Source: Planctomycetota bacterium
Lineage (GTDB): Bacteria; Planctomycetota; Planctomycetia; Pirellulales; Lacipirellulaceae
Assembly (NCBI GenBank): GCA_039190745.1
Contig: JBCCXZ010000031.1
Coordinates: 1 to 43,123 of the forward strand
Length of the DNA stretch: 43,123 nt
Direction: 5' to 3'
Within the stretch, counting starts at the first letter, position 1, and each line of letters starts with the position of its first letter. The notes beneath the pieces were generated by a model. It was given only the letters and a program-made list of their open reading frames with translations. It ran no database searches and was not told the origin of the DNA. The translations under genes and the position numbers were made by a program. Of the stretch, positions 38,672 through 43,123 are shown piece by piece.

Positions 38672-39556
38672 CTACCAGCTGAGCCGCTTGCTGAAGCGGT
38701 GCCGGATCAATACCGCGACGGCGTTCATCGCGATCAACACGGTCAGCAGCACGACGATGCCCGCGGCTGCAATCTCGTGAAAGACCTTCTTCGGCTCCTC
38801 GGTCCAAGTGAAAATCTGCATCGGCATTGCGCTGAAATCGTCTTGCCAAAGCGTTGAGAGCGTCGGCACGAACCCCACGTAGGTGGCCGTTCCGAGCGCT
38901 ACCAACGGGGCAGCTTCGCCCAGCGCCCGCGAGAGGGCCAAGATCACCCCGGTCATAATTCCGGGGGTCGCCGCCGGCAGCAGCTGATGCCAAACCGTCT
39001 GCCACTGCGTAGCGCCCAACGCGAACGAAGCCTGCCGGATGGAACGCGGCACCGCACGCAGCGCTTCCTGCGAGGCCAGGATCACAATCGGAAGCACAAC
39101 GAGCGAGAGCGTCAAAGCGCCGGCGACCACGCTGCGGCCCAGGCCGAGCGACCGCACGAACAACCCCAGGCCCAGGATGCCGTACACAATCGACGGCACG
39201 CCGGCCAGATTGGCGATATTCGTCTGCACGAAGCTCCGCCAGCGGCTCGGCGGGGCGAACTCCTCTAGGTAGATCGCCGCCCCCACGCCCACCGGAACAG
39301 CAAACAACGCCGTCAAGCCGATCAAGTAGAGGCTGCCGATCAGCGAGCCGTAGATCCCGGACTTCTCCGGGAACCGCGACGGGAAACTGGTCAGGAAGTC
39401 CCAGGAGAGCAACCCCCAGCCGTAGGCCAAGATGTTCCACAACAGGAAGAGCAGCGTCAGCACGCACAGCAGGGTGCACCCCCCGCAGGCCGCCGCGAAC
39501 AGCTTGGAAGCGGCCTTGGCGTAGGGCCGGCCGTTGGTGTGCTCCGCCAGACTCAT
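38672..39556 (-). CDS. pstA: Phosphate ABC transporter permease PstA
   Basis: [38 protein letters not shown] 39556 overlaps the pstC stop (ATGA). Confidence 0.96.
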   Translation of the reverse strand: MSLAEHTNGRPYAKAASKLFAAACGGCTLLCVLTLLFLLWNILAYGWGLLSWDFLTSFPSRFPEKSGIYGSLIGSLYLIGLTALFAVPVGVGAAIYLEEFAPPSRWRSFVQTNIANLAGVPSIVYGILGLGLFVRSLGLGRSVVAGALTLSLVVLPIVILASQEALRAVPRSIRQASFALGATQWQTVWHQLLPAATPGIMTGVILALSRALGEAAPLVALGTATYVGFVPTLSTLWQDDFSAMPMQIFTWTEEPKKVFHEIAAAGIVVLLTVLIAMNAVAVLIRHRFSKRLSW

Positions 39557-40479
39557 TCGTACTGCTCCCGCACGCGGCGTAGGATCCACTGCGCCACCAG
39601 GTTCATCGCGAGGGTTAAGACGAACAACGCCAACCCCACGGCAAAAATGGCCCGGTACTCCGGCGAGTCGGCCGGGGTGTCGCCCTGGCTCACCTGCACG
39701 ATGTAGGAGGTCATCGTTTGCACGCTCTCCCGCGGGTCGAGCGTCATTTTCGGGGTCCGCCCGGCCGCTAGAGACACGGCCATCGTCTCCCCGATTGCCC
39801 GCGAGATCGCCAGCAGGAACGAGGCCACGACGCCCGAGAAAGCCGCGGGGATCACGATCCCCACGGTCACGTCAAACTTGTTCGCGCCCAACGCGTAGCC
39901 CCCCTCCCTCAACGAACGGGGCACCGAGCGCAGCACGTCTTCACTCAGCGAGACGATCATCGGCAGGATCATGATCCCCACGACCACGCACGCATTGACG
40001 GCATTGAAGAGCCCTGCCGAGGGGAGAACCGCCCGCACAATCGGCGACACCACCACCACCGCCAAGTAGCCGTACACGACCGACGGGATGCCCGCGAGCA
40101 CTTCGAGCAGCGGCTTCACCACGTCGCGGACGGTCGGTGACGCGTACTCGCTGAGGTAAACCGCCGTCCCCAAACCGAGGGGAATCGCGATGAGTGCCGA
40201 ACCGCCCGCAACCAACATCGTCCCGCACACCAACGGCAGGATGCCGTAGTGCTTGGGGCTCAGCAGGGGCGTCCACTTCGTGCCGGTGAGGAACTCAACG
40301 ATCGAGACATCGCGAAAGAATTGCAGCGATTCGACAAGCAACACTAAGACGATGCCAACGGTGGTGAAGATCGAGATCGCCGCGCACCCGATTAGCAGGG
40401 CGTGGATACAAGACTCCAGCCGCCGCCCAAAGGAAGGCGAGGCCGGCTTGCTCGCGGCGTTGGCAGTTGCAGATGCCAA
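39553..40479 (-). CDS. pstC: Phosphate ABC transporter permease PstC
   Basis: [46 protein letters not shown] start. Confidence 0.96.
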   Translation of the reverse strand: MASATANAASKPASPSFGRRLESCIHALLIGCAAISIFTTVGIVLVLLVESLQFFRDVSIVEFLTGTKWTPLLSPKHYGILPLVCGTMLVAGGSALIAIPLGLGTAVYLSEYASPTVRDVVKPLLEVLAGIPSVVYGYLAVVVVSPIVRAVLPSAGLFNAVNACVVVGIMILPMIVSLSEDVLRSVPRSLREGGYALGANKFDVTVGIVIPAAFSGVVASFLLAISRAIGETMAVSLAAGRTPKMTLDPRESVQTMTSYIVQVSQGDTPADSPEYRAIFAVGLALFVLTLAMNLVAQWILRRVREQYE

Positions 40480-40692
40480 GCTAGGGAAAACTCCGTGTTC
40501 TCGAGCCGCCGCGCCGTACGAAGGCCGCTTCTTGCGTCAGATGGCTTCTCAGCCCAGCTCGCGCCCAAGCGTTGGTGTGCCCAAGCGTTGCCGCCCAGAC
40601 AAGCTGCGGGTGCCGTGACCTAGTCGCCGCACCGGCGAAAATGGTCCAGCAGGGCTCTCACCCGCTCAGCCCTCTCGCCGCCGAACGCGAGG

Positions 40693-40725
40693 ATGCTAGC
40701 AAGAGAGTGTGAAGATGAAGTTAAG
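40693..40725 (-). promoter_or_regulatory. Pho-box-like promoter upstream of pstC
   Basis: Minus strand CTTAACTTCAT-CTTCACACTCT-CTTGC-TAGCAT: two 11-bp-period direct repeats followed by a -10-like TAGCAT. Confidence 0.65.
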
Positions 40726-40808
40726 GCGATCCGTCCTTGCAGGGAGCCCCTGATCGTCACAAACCTATGCAGGTGAATTGTTTACAATCGGAGACCGGAT
40801 CGCTTCGG

Positions 40809-42629
40809 TTATGAAGAGCCTCGCCGGAGAGCCGGCAGCAATGCTGTTAATGCCAGCAGGAGCGTGCCCGGTTCTGGCACGGCGGTCGCCGCGACGCCGG
40901 TCACGGCGTCGCCTGTGCCGAAGCCGGTTTCCCAGGCGTTTCGGCCAAACGTCGTGCCGTCGACACGCTGCCAGAACAAGAGGTCGGCCACATCGACATC
41001 GTTGTCCAGGTCGAGGTCTGCCGCCCCGGCCCCGGTGCCGCCCGATCCGGGATCAGCGATCACGTCGAGCACCACAGCGTTGGCCTGATAGTCCACCGAC
41101 CATTCCAAACCGGTGTCCAGAGCGGGAAGCGACTCAGTGGTGAACGTGCCCGTGACGCCGCCGGCTGCTGAGAGGACTTGGTAGGAGTCTCCCAAAACGG
41201 GGGACGCTCCGGAGACCAGATCGATATCCAGCGTCCCGCTCAGGGCGGCGGTCCCGGCAATGTCGAGTTGTGCGATCGAGGTCAGGTCGTCGTCGCCACC
41301 GATCTGCAGCACGAGTGATCCCGAGCCGAAGTCTACGTCGTCGAGCACCACGGCCGTCGAGCCTTCGAAAACGGTCAGCGAACCCGGCCCGACGTCTACC
41401 GGGCCGTGGAAAGTGGCGCCGCTCTCGCCCGCAACCACAATCGAGCCGGTCGCCGCATTGGTAATGTCCCCGAAGAATTGGTTCACGCCAAACGCGGAGG
41501 CAAGGACCCCCGCGTTGGTCAGCGGGTCGTAGAAGCGGACCGTCCCGTCCGAAGCAGAAATCCGCCCTGGGGCGTTAGAGCCGCTTGCCGCGCTGTTCGT
41601 GACAGCGCCCAGCAGTTCGATCTCGCCGCCCGTCGCGGCGATCACTCCGGCGTTCGTGACCGTGCCGTTCAGGCGGAGCACCTCGCCCGCGGAAGCAACC
41701 GCCTCGCCTGTGGCGGTTACGCCCAGCCCGCCGGTGACGACCCCCGAGCCGGTCAACACGCCCGAGAGCGTCATTCCTTGTCCGACGAACGAGCCGTCCG
41801 ACAGCCCGATCCGTCCCCGGGTCCCCACCACCGTGGTGTTGCCGGCTATCACAACGGCCTGATCCGCAATCTGCAAGTCGCCCGAGCCAGCGCCGCCGAC
41901 CACGAGGTTCTCGGGGATCTGCCAGATAGTGCCCAAGCCGTCGACCTTGACCACGCCGACACCCGTGGCGCCGCGTCCGACCGTGACATCGACATCGTTC
42001 GGGTCGGTGAACAGGACTTTCGCTTGGTTTGTGATGTCTAGCCGGCCAACGCCGTTGTCGCCGACCAGGAGCCGCTCGCCGATCACCAACTGCGAGGTCG
42101 GGCCGTCGATCACGGCGTGCCCAAAACCCGTAGCGCTGCGTCCGATAACGACGTCGCCGTTGGCCTGGCCCGAGTCGAACACGTTGACCACGCCGCCCGC
42201 GGTAACGGTCAGCGTCCCCGTCCCGACATCGCCCACCTGGAGCGCTTGCTGGCTCTCGCTGGCGTCGTCCACTTCGAGCGTGCCCCCGGTAACCTCCAAC
42301 TCGCCGAAGAAGCCGACCGTCTCGCCGACGATCACGCGGTTGTAGGCTAGCGTGGTTGTCCCGGTGACGGCGACCGTCCCTAGCGGAAAGTCGTCCGGCC
42401 CGTTGTCCGTGCCGATCGAGAGCGTTGCGTTGGAGGTCCCGCCGTTGATCGGCGGCACGGGGTCCACCGAGCCGTCCGAGTCGACGGCGGCCACGGTCTC
42501 TCGCTCCGTCATCCCCAAGAACAGCGCCAGAACAACAAACGCAACGAGCCGCACACGCCGGGTGAACGGGCTACGGAAACCAGCCAGCGGCAGGAGCTGG
42601 CAGCGAACAGCATGAGTACGGTCTGTCAT
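40809..42629 (-). CDS. PEP-CTERM surface protein with T5SS/PEP-CTERM-associated beta-helix repeats and a dockerin-like motif
   Basis: Signal peptide; VG..G.G.L.(I/V)..G repeats; autotransporter-passenger-like C-region (GTLDIDL...GDSYQVLSA...GTF...LP.L); ADLDLDNDVDVADLLFWQR; VPEPGTLLLALTALLPALRR. Confidence 0.9.
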   Translation of the reverse strand: MTDRTHAVRCQLLPLAGFRSPFTRRVRLVAFVVLALFLGMTERETVAAVDSDGSVDPVPPINGGTSNATLSIGTDNGPDDFPLGTVAVTGTTTLAYNRVIVGETVGFFGELEVTGGTLEVDDASESQQALQVGDVGTGTLTVTAGGVVNVFDSGQANGDVVIGRSATGFGHAVIDGPTSQLVIGERLLVGDNGVGRLDITNQAKVLFTDPNDVDVTVGRGATGVGVVKVDGLGTIWQIPENLVVGGAGSGDLQIADQAVVIAGNTTVVGTRGRIGLSDGSFVGQGMTLSGVLTGSGVVTGGLGVTATGEAVASAGEVLRLNGTVTNAGVIAATGGEIELLGAVTNSAASGSNAPGRISASDGTVRFYDPLTNAGVLASAFGVNQFFGDITNAATGSIVVAGESGATFHGPVDVGPGSLTVFEGSTAVVLDDVDFGSGSLVLQIGGDDDLTSIAQLDIAGTAALSGTLDIDLVSGASPVLGDSYQVLSAAGGVTGTFTTESLPALDTGLEWSVDYQANAVVLDVIADPGSGGTGAGAADLDLDNDVDVADLLFWQRVDGTTFGRNAWETGFGTGDAVTGVAATAVPEPGTLLLALTALLPALRRGSS

Positions 42630-42797
42630 CGGATGCCTTGGAGTTCCGGTGCGATAACTTTGTGAGCATTGGCGTAGTGAGCCCCGACTGGGTCCGGCGA
42701 GTGCCGGCGGGCTCTAGTCTATCTTCCGCGGCCGCCGTGGAAGACATCGATCTTCCCCAATTCTAACCAGCCGATCCAGGCCGTGGGGCAACCGGGT

Positions 42798-43123
42798 CTA
42801 GGCGGAGCACAACGGGACTCGCACCCGGAACGTGCTTCCCTGATTGGGTCGGCTCTCGACGGCGACGCCGCCGCCCATAGCCTGAGAGAGGTGTTTCACG
42901 ATCGCCAGCCCCAGCCCCGTGCCGCCGAGTTCCCGCGAGCGGGCCTTGTCGACCCGGTAGAAACGCTCGAAGAGACGGTCGTGGTGTTCCAGCGGGATGC
43001 CGATGCCCGTGTCGCGGACCTCGATTACCGCTTCGTTCTCCACCTGCAGGCACCCGACACGGACCTCGCCGCCCGACGGCGTGTACTTGATCGCGTTGTC
43101 CACCAGGTTGCCGAGGATCTGCA
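42798..43123 (-). CDS. phoR: Sensor histidine kinase PhoR-like, C-terminal HATPase domain (5' part beyond window)
   Basis: QILGNLVDNAIKYT, DTGIGIP, FERFYRVDKARSRELGGTGLGLAIVKH; adjacent to the pst/phoU/phoB cluster. Confidence 0.88.
   Translation of the reverse strand, partial: QILGNLVDNAIKYTPSGGEVRVGCLQVENEAVIEVRDTGIGIPLEHHDRLFERFYRVDKARSRELGGTGLGLAIVKHLSQAMGGGVAVESRPNQGSTFRVRVPLCSA

Noticed and set aside
40563..40590. Tandem GCCCAAGCGTTG x2 in the pstC leader
   Set aside because: Only two short copies; not a CRISPR array and no evident function.

Overview
GC-rich planctomycete chromosome segment (Pirellulales-like), judged from the DUF1559 pilin-like gene, the LEPRxLL-type signal, a DWPQWRGP propeller and a PEP-CTERM protein. 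Bases 1-8 kb hold a glycan-utilisation-type cluster: lipoprotein and DUF1559 divergent from ECF sigma, FecR-like anti-sigma, sulfatase and GH78 rhamnosidase. It ends in a ~650-bp junction with a tRNA 3'-end fragment (+), four phased TGCAC(T/A)(A/G) repeats and a tRNA-Arg(ACG) gene (-) that breaks off just after its anticodon loop. Then follow a GH3 glucosidase, a second sulfatase, a multidomain secreted cyclophilin whose thioredoxin-like module lacks CxxC, an outer-membrane barrel, yggS, conserved planctomycete proteins, an RND pair, a sterol desaturase-family gene, a Tat-signal VOC protein, a low-GC propeller gene, polX, DUF2461, a D-cysteine desulfhydrase-like gene, an RmlD-like gene and a Cys-rich lipase-like lipoprotein. 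The window ends in a pho/pst locus (phoR, PEP-CTERM gene, pstC, pstA, pstB, phoU, phoB) that lacks pstS and has a Pho-box-like promoter ahead of pstC. All calls come from reading motifs by eye; no searches were run.
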